This document shows, in pieces, positions 17,474 to 25,853 of a stretch of DNA of 64,000 nucleotides. Source of the stretch: a virus; IMG/VR virus record IMGVR_UViG_3300045988_118736; one strand, written 5' to 3'. The stretch's first letter is position 1, and every line of letters begins with the position of its first letter. Both the position numbers and the translations under genes were made by a program. The notes under the pieces were generated by a model, which saw nothing but the letters and a program-made list of their open reading frames with translations, searched no databases and was not told where the DNA came from.

Positions 17474-17943
17474 TGATAAGAAGTCATGGCTTATGCCAGG
17501 CTTGCAGGAGCAAAGAGTTGACTCCGAAGAAAAAAAACAGAATTACATCCATTAAAAACAGCAGCAAGAAGAAAAAGTTAGAGAACCCGGATTTATCCGG
17601 GTTTTTTCGTCTTATGTTGGAGGAGTTGAGTACTATTCGAATGTCTATGACTGGTAAAGCTATTCATTTTCCTACAGTATGTAACGTCTGTCACATACTT
17701 CCGAAAAGGTTATATAAGTCGGTTGCCACTTGCAGGGATAATATAGTTTTCCTTCATGAATCAGAGCATACGGTATTCGACATGTATCTTGACCGGATGG
17801 AATTTGATAAACTTGAAACAGAATTTCCTTTTGTGTGGAAGTATGCGGTAAAGAAGGTGCTGGATATGGAAAGCAGGGGAATGATTAAAGAAAGAGGTAG
17901 ATTAATTATTGAAATAATTGACAGATATGAGAAAACTTTATAA
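17419..17943 (+). CDS. zinc-ribbon protein with HNH-like nuclease motif (174 aa)
   Basis: CERCG...CQAC ribbon; CNVCHILPK...NIVFLHESEH resembles HNH core. Confidence 0.4.
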   Translation: MESKEKKLYVCERCGRKVMIRSHGLCQACRSKELTPKKKNRITSIKNSSKKKKLENPDLSGFFRLMLEELSTIRMSMTGKAIHFPTVCNVCHILPKRLYKSVATCRDNIVFLHESEHTVFDMYLDRMEFDKLETEFPFVWKYAVKKVLDMESRGMIKERGRLIIEIIDRYEKTL

Positions 17944-18103
17944 AATAAGAATAGAAGCTGACGATGAAACTATCTTTTATGCTCACATACAGAGAGAAAG
18001 TTATGGTAAGGATATAGCTATCGCAGTGAAAGATAGAGATAAAGATGAAGTGGAAACAGTGTTACATTGTATTAAAGAAGAATTGATTAGAGGAAGATCA
18101 TGA
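17918..18103 (+). CDS. hypothetical protein (61 aa)
   Basis: short ORF. Confidence 0.35.
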   Translation: MTDMRKLYKIRIEADDETIFYAHIQRESYGKDIAIAVKDRDKDEVETVLHCIKEELIRGRS

Positions 18104-19416
18104 AAGAGAAAATAAAAATATTGACAGATTTAGGATTTGTCCCTATGGTGGAAGGAGAAGGAAATACGTTGTTTAGAATGAACGATGTTGTGATGTCGGT
18201 GTCAGATCCTAACCAAACACCAGAGCAGTTGAAGAAGGAGGTTATGTCTTTAATAAAGAACAGAGACATAGCAGAAAGAGGCGGACAGGTTCCAGTAGTT
18301 GAAGAGCCGGCGCCTGAGCCAGAGCAGGCCCAGAAGGAGGAACCGGAAGCTCAGGCGGAGGAAGCCGCTCCTAACCCTGGAGAAGAAGATTCGAATCCGT
18401 TTACAGAAAATCAGGAAACGTTAGAGCCGTTTTATATCTGTGATGAGTTAAAGAAGATCGAGACTCCCAAATTCGTAAGATTGACATTAGACGGTAATCG
18501 TTTTTATGTAAGAAAGATGGACGATGGGACAGCCAAGATATACGCCTCGGTAACAACCATGATCAGAGACGGATTCGTAGATGACAAGACGGCTCTTCAA
18601 GAATGGAGACAGGAGATGAGGATGATTGGTCGCAATCCGGAAGAAGTATCAGAATATGATGCAGATAAAGGAACGATCATGCACTACCTATACGGATTGT
18701 ACTTGACAGGTAGAGATATGGTCTTAAATCGAAGTTTTATAGTTAAGACAGTGCAAGAAGGCAAGCTTAAAATATCAAAAAAGAATCTTGACAAATTCTT
18801 TGGTAGCATAGATGATCTTGACGATATGATTGTCAGAGTTATGAAGTTTGCTAAGTTTTGTTCGGAGTATAAGGTTAAGCCGATGATGATTGAAAGAATA
18901 TTGTCATTAGAGGACTATTTGGTAGCTACGCCGATAGATGCGATGGTTGAAATGACATTCAAATACAAAGAAGAAGGTTATTTTGGAGCCGTGTATCAAA
19001 GGGCCACAGGGCAGTTCAAAAAAGGTGATCCGAAGAAGGAAGTGAGAGAAGTGGAGAAAGAAGAGATTGTTATCTTAGATTTTAAATCAGGTGACATACG
19101 AAATGAACACGCTTTTCAATTGGAGGCTGAAAGAAGAATGGTTAAAAACTGGTACGGAATTGATGCACGTATTATGAATTTTTCTCCAAAAAGCACGAAC
19201 AGTAAAGGTTATACGCTAAAAGAATGGTCTGATAAAAATGCTGCTATGGAGAAAGCGGACTGCGTGTTCCAACAAGGTATGTTGAATCACCTTAGAAAAG
19301 ATAAGAAGTTCAAAGTGAGAAAAGGAGTGCTGAATATCAATAAGCCGTACAATGAAGAGGATCATACGGTCGTGTATGATATTGCAGAGGAAATGTCTAA
19401 AAGATTCATAATATGA
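18100..19416 (+). CDS. putative PD-(D/E)XK exonuclease (YqaJ/lambda-Exo-like), 438 aa
   Basis: acidic linker then ATPID...EMTFK...ILDFKSG motifs; assignment tentative. Confidence 0.4.
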   Translation: MKEKIKILTDLGFVPMVEGEGNTLFRMNDVVMSVSDPNQTPEQLKKEVMSLIKNRDIAERGGQVPVVEEPAPEPEQAQKEEPEAQAEEAAPNPGEEDSNPFTENQETLEPFYICDELKKIETPKFVRLTLDGNRFYVRKMDDGTAKIYASVTTMIRDGFVDDKTALQEWRQEMRMIGRNPEEVSEYDADKGTIMHYLYGLYLTGRDMVLNRSFIVKTVQEGKLKISKKNLDKFFGSIDDLDDMIVRVMKFAKFCSEYKVKPMMIERILSLEDYLVATPIDAMVEMTFKYKEEGYFGAVYQRATGQFKKGDPKKEVREVEKEEIVILDFKSGDIRNEHAFQLEAERRMVKNWYGIDARIMNFSPKSTNSKGYTLKEWSDKNAAMEKADCVFQQGMLNHLRKDKKFKVRKGVLNINKPYNEEDHTVVYDIAEEMSKRFII

Positions 19417-19646
19417 ACGATATTGTTATTCCTGAAGGAGATTATATAGAAATCGTAAAACCGATATGCATCAATCCTTTTGGTTATTATTTTATTAACA
19501 TCAAAAGGGGTTCGAGATTAAGATTATCGAAAGATTTGAAAATAGGAGATAAATATGCAATATGTGTACTTGCATCTCATAAGAAATATGGCAAGACCAT
19601 CGAAATAATAATGCCTATATTGGTCAGAAATACAAGAAGAGTATGA
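19413..19646 (+). CDS. hypothetical protein (77 aa)
   Basis: ATGA overlap. Confidence 0.45.
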   Translation: MNDIVIPEGDYIEIVKPICINPFGYYFINIKRGSRLRLSKDLKIGDKYAICVLASHKKYGKTIEIIMPILVRNTRRV

Positions 19647-19993
19647 AAAGAAAAATTAGAAGAACAGGAGAGATAATAGACGTAATCACTTTCAGTAGCT
19701 CAACTACAAGAAGCGACCATGACAGAATACAGTTCTATGGTGATAATGGGAATGTGATAAGTGAGAGTTTAAATTTTTATCTCGATACCCTTCCTGTAAA
19801 TGACGAAAACAAAGATGTAGACTGGGAGCAACGTAGATTCGATCTTATCAAGGCTTATTCTATTGAGTTTGTTAAAGCACAAAATAGAAAAGGTGAAATA
19901 GATTGCGGAGTATATGTACCAGATGTGGTGTCATGGTCTATAACTATAGCAGATAGAATCATAGAGGCGATGAGAGGAGTTAAAAATGCTTGA
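19643..19993 (+). CDS. hypothetical protein (116 aa)
   Basis: ATGA overlap. Confidence 0.5.
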   Translation: MKRKIRRTGEIIDVITFSSSTTRSDHDRIQFYGDNGNVISESLNFYLDTLPVNDENKDVDWEQRRFDLIKAYSIEFVKAQNRKGEIDCGVYVPDVVSWSITIADRIIEAMRGVKNA

Positions 19994-20999
19994 TTTTAGA
20001 AAATACGAAAACGTACCTCGGTTTCAACTTGACCGCAGGCCGGGCAGGAGCCGACTGAAGCTAACCTGCCCGGCTTGCGGAAAAAGCCGGTGCCTCACTC
20101 CTTATATTGATGTGGCAACAGGTCAGGTTGTTGGAAACGAGTTCGGAAGATGTGATCATGAACGGACTTGCGGTTATGACAAACGGCCTACCGGCAAGGA
20201 TGTGGGCGACAAAGATCTTTGGATTTCTGGGAATAAGTGTATAAGAGCTTATCGCCCTCCTGTAAATCCTGATGTTGTAAATTACATACCTTTTAGCGAG
20301 TTTGAGAGGACTGTGGTTCCAGATGATAGAAATACTGTGTTTAGGTTTTTATCGTCTCTATGGGGAAAAGAAAGGGTATCTGACGTGTTTAGAAGATATC
20401 ATGTCGGAACAATGGACTTATGGGGATGGAAAGGGTGTTGTATATTCTGGCAGATAGATAAGGATTTTGTATGTAGAACTGGCAAAATCATGGACTTTTA
20501 TATAAAGACCGACAGCCAGGGTAATGAGATTGATGTAAAAAGAGTGAAGGAAAAAGAAGGTGACAATGAACGACCTCATGTTATGTTTTATCACTCGTTG
20601 CATGCAAGAGACTTCTTGTTTAGACAATGCCTGTTCGGAGAGCATCTTCTAAGCCAGTATCCGGATAAGGTGGTTAATCTGGTGGAATCAGAAAAGACGG
20701 CTATTATATGCGCTGTGAATAAACCAGATGAATTATTTGTGGCCACCGGAGGGTTGCAGAATCTAAGGCCGGAAGTGATAGATGTTTTAAAAGATAGAAA
20801 GACTGTAGCTTTTCCGGACAAAGGACAAGCATTTGAGACATGGAGTAAAAAGATAGATGGGATGATGATGAAGTCAAGGATAAAAGTATCAGACTATCTT
20901 CAAAATGTTGAAAATGTAGGAGACGGAGATGATGTGGCAGATTTGATAATTAATAACAAGGTAAAAGAGAAATATCATGAGCCTGGATGTTTATATTAA
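19986..20999 (+). CDS. DNA primase-like protein (N-terminal Zn finger, C-terminal TOPRIM-like), 337 aa
   Basis: CPACG...CDHERTC; VESEKTAI...ATGG...FPDKG acidic motifs. Confidence 0.5.
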   Translation: MLDFRKYENVPRFQLDRRPGRSRLKLTCPACGKSRCLTPYIDVATGQVVGNEFGRCDHERTCGYDKRPTGKDVGDKDLWISGNKCIRAYRPPVNPDVVNYIPFSEFERTVVPDDRNTVFRFLSSLWGKERVSDVFRRYHVGTMDLWGWKGCCIFWQIDKDFVCRTGKIMDFYIKTDSQGNEIDVKRVKEKEGDNERPHVMFYHSLHARDFLFRQCLFGEHLLSQYPDKVVNLVESEKTAIICAVNKPDELFVATGGLQNLRPEVIDVLKDRKTVAFPDKGQAFETWSKKIDGMMMKSRIKVSDYLQNVENVGDGDDVADLIINNKVKEKYHEPGCLY

Positions 21000-21327
21000 G
21001 AACAAGAAGAAAGAAGATCGTGAATGGGTTGCAAACATCACCCACAACATGAACAAGATGGCACAAAGAATATTCGTATCGGAAAATAAAGAAACGCTGT
21101 ACGATTATGTTTGGAGACCAGAAGAATTGTATAAAGAAATATATACCAATGAGATGAAGAATGTACTTACAAAAGGTATATGTATTATGATCTCTAAGAG
21201 AAAAAGTCTTTTGAGATACGAGCCGGAAAACGGATGGGGGTCTTATGATTCATTTCTTAAGTTTCTTATCGAATATAAAGAGGCGTGTGAAGATAATCCA
21301 GGTTATATAATTGAAGCAAGCAGATAA
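20977..21327 (+). CDS. hypothetical protein (116 aa)
   Basis: ORF. Confidence 0.5.
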   Translation: MSLDVYIKNKKKEDREWVANITHNMNKMAQRIFVSENKETLYDYVWRPEELYKEIYTNEMKNVLTKGICIMISKRKSLLRYEPENGWGSYDSFLKFLIEYKEACEDNPGYIIEASR

Positions 21328-21586
21328 TATGGAAAATTACAAAAACACTTTAAACGAGGTAGTGGTGATCGAATCGTCACCAGAAACGTATTTTGTTTAC
21401 GCTATTCGTAATGCTATTCGTATCTCTAAATGCGCGTATCCGACAGCCAAGAAAGTAATTTTCAAAAGAGAGGACGTAGAGGTAGAGATCTCAGAAATGG
21501 AAACTGAAAGCAGTTTGTATGAAAAGTTTAAAGAAAAACAAAAGAATAGGGTATGGAACTTAATGAGCGCCAACAACGGGTTTTAA
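21311..21586 (+). CDS. hypothetical protein (91 aa)
   Basis: ORF. Confidence 0.45.
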   Translation: MKQADNMENYKNTLNEVVVIESSPETYFVYAIRNAIRISKCAYPTAKKVIFKREDVEVEISEMETESSLYEKFKEKQKNRVWNLMSANNGF

Positions 21587-22119
21587 GAGGCGAAATTTGT
21601 CCTTATTGCGGAAGAGAAACTGAGCTGGTAAATGCCGATAAAATATATAGCAGAAAAGGCTTAGGGATGGTTATGATGTGCAAACCATGCAACGCTTATG
21701 TCGGTGTTCATGAATCAGGGCCGAATAAGGGAAAAGCTAAAGGCCGGCTTGCGGGGCCATCACTGAGATCTCTTAAGATAAGAGTCCATGCCGAACTTGA
21801 CAGACTATGGTCTACGCCGGAGGAACGGAAAAGGATGTATAAAGATTTATCTGAATTTCTCTCTATACCGGAAGAATACACACATATAGGTATGTTCGGC
21901 GAGAAGACGATGGGAAAAATCTTTCAGTTCTGTCATGTAAACAAAGAACGATCAGGTTCGAGAATAGAATGGCATAAACCTGGAGATAAGTGCCCTAATA
22001 AAAACAATCAAATAGTGTCAGGCAGTAGCGCATGTAGAGGATGTCCTGAGTATCTTCATGATGAGAAAGACGGATATGTCTGGTGTGATCCTGATATGAG
22101 CTACGGCAGGTTGAAATAG
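21553..22119 (+). CDS. zinc-ribbon protein (188 aa)
   Basis: CPYCG...CKPC and CRGCPEY Cys pairs. Confidence 0.5.
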   Translation: MELNERQQRVLRGEICPYCGRETELVNADKIYSRKGLGMVMMCKPCNAYVGVHESGPNKGKAKGRLAGPSLRSLKIRVHAELDRLWSTPEERKRMYKDLSEFLSIPEEYTHIGMFGEKTMGKIFQFCHVNKERSGSRIEWHKPGDKCPNKNNQIVSGSSACRGCPEYLHDEKDGYVWCDPDMSYGRLK

Positions 22120-22145
22120 GGCGCGAATTGCCTATCTTTGTGCTA
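22105..22145 (+). promoter_or_regulatory. candidate Bacteroidota-type promoter (-7 box TATCTTTG at 22133-22140)
   Basis: matches TAnnTTTG consensus about 30 nt upstream of ATG 22171; -33 TTTG not clear. Confidence 0.25.
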
Positions 22146-22170
22146 TTATTAATCAAAAAAATATAAGCAT

Positions 22171-22449
22171 ATGGGCAGATCAACAGAGTACTACAGGACT
22201 CATCCCGAAGCCAGGAAGAAAAAGGCTAAAAAGGACAAGGAGATAAATGCCAGACCGGAACAGAAAGCCAAACGCCGAGAGCTTGGTCGTAAAAACTACG
22301 AAACGGACAAGAAGAAGGGTAAGGGCTGGAGAAAAGGAAAGGATTGTTCTCATACCAAGAACGGTCTTAGGTATAAATCAGTAAAAGCTAATAGGGGATC
22401 CAAATCGGATACGAAAGGTGACAAAAATGCAAGAGGATCTGAAAAATAA
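22171..22449 (+). CDS. highly basic protein (92 aa)
   Basis: K/R about 40 percent; candidate promoter upstream. Confidence 0.45.
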   Translation: MGRSTEYYRTHPEARKKKAKKDKEINARPEQKAKRRELGRKNYETDKKKGKGWRKGKDCSHTKNGLRYKSVKANRGSKSDTKGDKNARGSEK

Positions 22450-23551
22450 AATAGATATAAGAAGGATATTCAAAACCTCTAAACAGGTTATGGAAGAGGC
22501 GTATGAGAATATCTTGAAATACAGGCGGGGAGAGCTTATCCCCGCTAAAACCGGATACGATTATATTGATGAGGCTTTGCTTGGAGGTATTTTTCCTCAG
22601 CACGCTATTGCCATAGGAGCCCGGCCATCTGTAGGTAAATCGTATGTGGCCCAAAAGATATTGGAAAATGTGATGAATCCGATGATCAACCCGCAAGCAG
22701 AAGATTATTTTCTTGTTAATTGCGAGTTCGAAATGAATCCTCAAGATCTTCTTCTTCGCAGAATGAGCCAGGATATGAAAAAGCGAGCTCCTGAAATATT
22801 AAGAAGGCAAGATTCTAATACAGTAGAAGAGATGAGGATGTTTGAAATCCTTCAAGGTGAAATCAGGAATAATATAATATACATCGATGCTCCGTGTACG
22901 GTAAAAGAGTTTGAGGCGGCTGTGTATCATATAGCTACCAAGCACAAAGACAAACGTCTTATAATATTTAAAGTCGATCATATTGCTTTGATAAAAAGAA
23001 TGGGGTTAGATCCTAAGTCGGCTATAGATGATTTGGTGGCGGTTATGAACGAGGCTAAATTAGTATATAAAAACATATTTTTCCTCATCATATCCCAATT
23101 CAACAGAGAGATAGAAGGAAGGATAAAAAGCCCACAAGAACAGCCTCCGCGTCTTTCTGATTTTTACCAGTCTGATACGCTGGGTCAGTTATGTACGTTA
23201 ATGATAGGTTTGCACAATCCTCGTAGGTACGGGCTGGATAAGTATATGATATTTGGGAAAGATTGGTATCAGACTCTTGATAGGTTTAAAACTGAAAACA
23301 AAACATCATTCAGGACAGCCGGACTGGTGTTTCATCATATACTGAAGGTAAGGCAAGTTAGTATGGAAGAGCTTACTAATACAATCCACCCAGAGATACT
23401 GCCGGGACATGGATGGATGTACGGGGAGGGAGGGACGAAGTTCGTGAACCCCAACCAGCCGCCGACGCCGCCCAAGCTCTATACTGTGGAAGATGTTACG
23501 GACAATCAGGAACAAGAACAAGAGACAAGAGAAGAACAGTCATTGTATTAA
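22418..23551 (+). CDS. DnaB-like replicative helicase (RecA-fold C-terminal domain only), 377 aa
   Basis: Walker A GARPSVGKS, Walker B IIFKVDHIALI, ISQFNREIEGR and LSDFYQSD motifs typical of DnaB C-domain. Confidence 0.8.
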   Translation: MTKMQEDLKNKIDIRRIFKTSKQVMEEAYENILKYRRGELIPAKTGYDYIDEALLGGIFPQHAIAIGARPSVGKSYVAQKILENVMNPMINPQAEDYFLVNCEFEMNPQDLLLRRMSQDMKKRAPEILRRQDSNTVEEMRMFEILQGEIRNNIIYIDAPCTVKEFEAAVYHIATKHKDKRLIIFKVDHIALIKRMGLDPKSAIDDLVAVMNEAKLVYKNIFFLIISQFNREIEGRIKSPQEQPPRLSDFYQSDTLGQLCTLMIGLHNPRRYGLDKYMIFGKDWYQTLDRFKTENKTSFRTAGLVFHHILKVRQVSMEELTNTIHPEILPGHGWMYGEGGTKFVNPNQPPTPPKLYTVEDVTDNQEQEQETREEQSLY

Positions 23552-23566
23552 AAAAAAATAAGAACC

Positions 23567-24169
23567 ATGAGACTAACAGTAGAAGAAAACGAATACCTGA
23601 TAAGTAAGTTCCTTTTGGTTCTTACTGAGTTTGCAGGAGATGAAAGAGAGATGTTTTTAATCAACTCCATACATGATAAGGCGGTGGCGGATATGAATTA
23701 TCGTCTTCCGTCTTTAATAAGCAGAGAACGTAAAAGACGAGTCATTGAGCTCCTTAAAGAAGGAACCAGAATAATCAAGGACTTTTCCGGCTATGCAGGT
23801 GATATGGGTATGATTAACGAATACGATCGCCTAAAGAAAGAAATAGGAACCGTCCAAGACCAGCTTGGTGACGTAGAAGGTCAACTTCGGGCAGCAGGAG
23901 AAGTTATTAAAAAAGAACTTGATATGATTGCTGACCGAATCAAAGAAGATCTTCTTGACCGAGAGCTGGCCAAAAGTAATGCCGAGGCCGAAAGAAAAGC
24001 CAAAGTAGATCCGAGATACGAAGTAGCTTTAGGTGATTACAAGGAGATGCTGGAAGTGATTTTTACAACCAGAAACAAGTATTCTACGGTAGATTCTGTA
24101 CATGACGATCTTCGACAGTCGGTATCTACCGGTAGAAATTCGATTATTAAAGAAGGGTACAACAGTTAA
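23567..24169 (+). CDS. hypothetical coiled-coil protein (200 aa)
   Basis: ORF. Confidence 0.5.
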   Translation: MRLTVEENEYLISKFLLVLTEFAGDEREMFLINSIHDKAVADMNYRLPSLISRERKRRVIELLKEGTRIIKDFSGYAGDMGMINEYDRLKKEIGTVQDQLGDVEGQLRAAGEVIKKELDMIADRIKEDLLDRELAKSNAEAERKAKVDPRYEVALGDYKEMLEVIFTTRNKYSTVDSVHDDLRQSVSTGRNSIIKEGYNS

Positions 24170-24184
24170 AAACAAGGAGGAAAT

Positions 24185-24382
24185 ATGGAAAAGAAGGAAT
24201 TTAAAGTAGGAGAAGTATTTACTGCCGGACTTGTAAGATTAAAATGTGTGGAAGGTGATACATGCGATAGGTGTATATTCGAAGATTACGATTCTTGTTC
24301 ATGTACAGACATAATTATTGGTCCATGTGGACATGTTGATAGACAAGATAACAAGAATGTTATTTTTATTAAAGCTGATTAG
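24185..24382 (+). CDS. small Cys-motif protein (65 aa), paralog family CDRCIF
   Basis: TCDRCIFEDYDSCSC matches 3041 and 5128 ORFs. Confidence 0.5.
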   Translation: MEKKEFKVGEVFTAGLVRLKCVEGDTCDRCIFEDYDSCSCTDIIIGPCGHVDRQDNKNVIFIKAD

Positions 24383-24384
24383 GC

Positions 24385-25098
24385 ATGTACATCAATTTCA
24401 GACAACTTGCAGCATCAGACATGACTCCTAATGATCTTGCTAATCTTCTTGCCATAAGACAGAAGGATTCGGTTATGATCGAAGCCATGCCGGAAGAAGA
24501 TGCTGGGAGGTATATAGAGCTTGGCCTGGTTGAGAAATTAAAATCAGGCGTGATGAGATTGACCAACAAGGGAACGTCTTTTGTGAATTATATAGAGACA
24601 CCGGAAATGACAGACGAGGTTCTGGAAACGTTGAAGATTATGATAGGGATGTACGAATCATATTCAAAAGACATAGGTGTCAGCAGAAAAGAAGCGGAAT
24701 CCAGATTGTGTTGGTTTATGAGTAACACCTCATTCAAGAAAGAGGTCATACTTCAGGTAACGGAATCTTATATAGCAGAGTCAGGAGATTATACAATGAG
24801 CTTATGTAACTTCATATGGAAACCGCCTTCTCAGGCCTTTTCGGTCCATATGAACCTTAAAAATTCAAAGCTCTTTGACTTAATAGCTGAAAAATTTAAG
24901 ATCGCTACCGAGCCTTATTTGGAGTCTAAGAAGAATAAGGAAATGGATTGGTTGTTTGCCGTATCTAAATTGCCTACGCCGCCGGCTAAAGGCAATCCGG
25001 ATTATTTGTTTACCGGAAGTTCTGAAACAGACAAAGAGCGATTGAAAAACATAAAAACGTATTTATTTAACAAAATTAGAAAGCAATGGAAAAAGTAA
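24385..25098 (+). CDS. hypothetical protein (237 aa)
   Basis: ORF directly upstream of ACP-like gene. Confidence 0.55.
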   Translation: MYINFRQLAASDMTPNDLANLLAIRQKDSVMIEAMPEEDAGRYIELGLVEKLKSGVMRLTNKGTSFVNYIETPEMTDEVLETLKIMIGMYESYSKDIGVSRKEAESRLCWFMSNTSFKKEVILQVTESYIAESGDYTMSLCNFIWKPPSQAFSVHMNLKNSKLFDLIAEKFKIATEPYLESKKNKEMDWLFAVSKLPTPPAKGNPDYLFTGSSETDKERLKNIKTYLFNKIRKQWKK

Positions 25099-25337
25099 GA
25101 ATCAGAAAGATAATAGAGGATATAATTATTACTCAGTTTCTTAATTCGGAAATAGATATAGTTCATGAAGAAGATGTGACGTTTAAAGAACTTGGATTAG
25201 ATTCTGTTGATCAAATTGAACTGGAAGTGATGGTGGAACAAAAATTCAATATTGTTATTATTGATTATGATATGGAGACCATCAAAGATATGACTGATCT
25301 TGTTTACAAAATAATAACAGAAGGGTATGGGAAGTGA
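25086..25337 (+). CDS. acyl carrier protein-like (83 aa)
   Basis: LGLDSVDQIELEVMVEQKFNI matches ACP helix-II DS(L/V)D..EL motif; acidic. Confidence 0.65.
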   Translation: MEKVRIRKIIEDIIITQFLNSEIDIVHEEDVTFKELGLDSVDQIELEVMVEQKFNIVIIDYDMETIKDMTDLVYKIITEGYGK

Positions 25338-25821
25338 CATAATTTTATGCATGGCTTTAATAGCGTCATTTGCTTTTGTTATACAGTTTTTGTTGTCGAT
25401 ATTAGGATCTGATCTGGATACGGATATTGACATTGACAGTGCTTCTGATTTAAGCATGTCTTTGTCGGACATCATATCATTCAAGGGCATAACACATTTT
25501 ATTCTTGGATATAGCTGGACTACCTACTTTTCGGGTTCCCATTTAGTAGGGATCGTAATAGGGTCGTTTTTCTTTATCGTTTTGTTTTATGTATATAAGT
25601 TACTTCTTAAGTTAAAGCAAGAAATGGTGTACGAATGTCCGGAAGATTTAAATGGCAGAGAGGTGGAGATAGTGTTTAGATCAGGGAAGAATCATTATAT
25701 GGTAAATATTTCGAAAAATGGAAGACAGGAGCAAATGAGAGTAAGATGCTTGTCTGGAAAAACTTACAAAAACGGTGACAAGGTGAATATAAAATACGAA
25801 GAAGGAGAACTAAGTATCTAA
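25327..25821 (+). CDS. NfeD-like membrane protein (164 aa)
   Basis: N-terminal TM helices plus C-terminal beta-rich segment; directly precedes flotillin as in yuaF-floT. Confidence 0.55.
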   Translation: MGSDIILCMALIASFAFVIQFLLSILGSDLDTDIDIDSASDLSMSLSDIISFKGITHFILGYSWTTYFSGSHLVGIVIGSFFFIVLFYVYKLLLKLKQEMVYECPEDLNGREVEIVFRSGKNHYMVNISKNGRQEQMRVRCLSGKTYKNGDKVNIKYEEGELSI

Positions 25822-25853
25822 TTTTTTTTATCAACAATTAAATTTTAAAAGTT

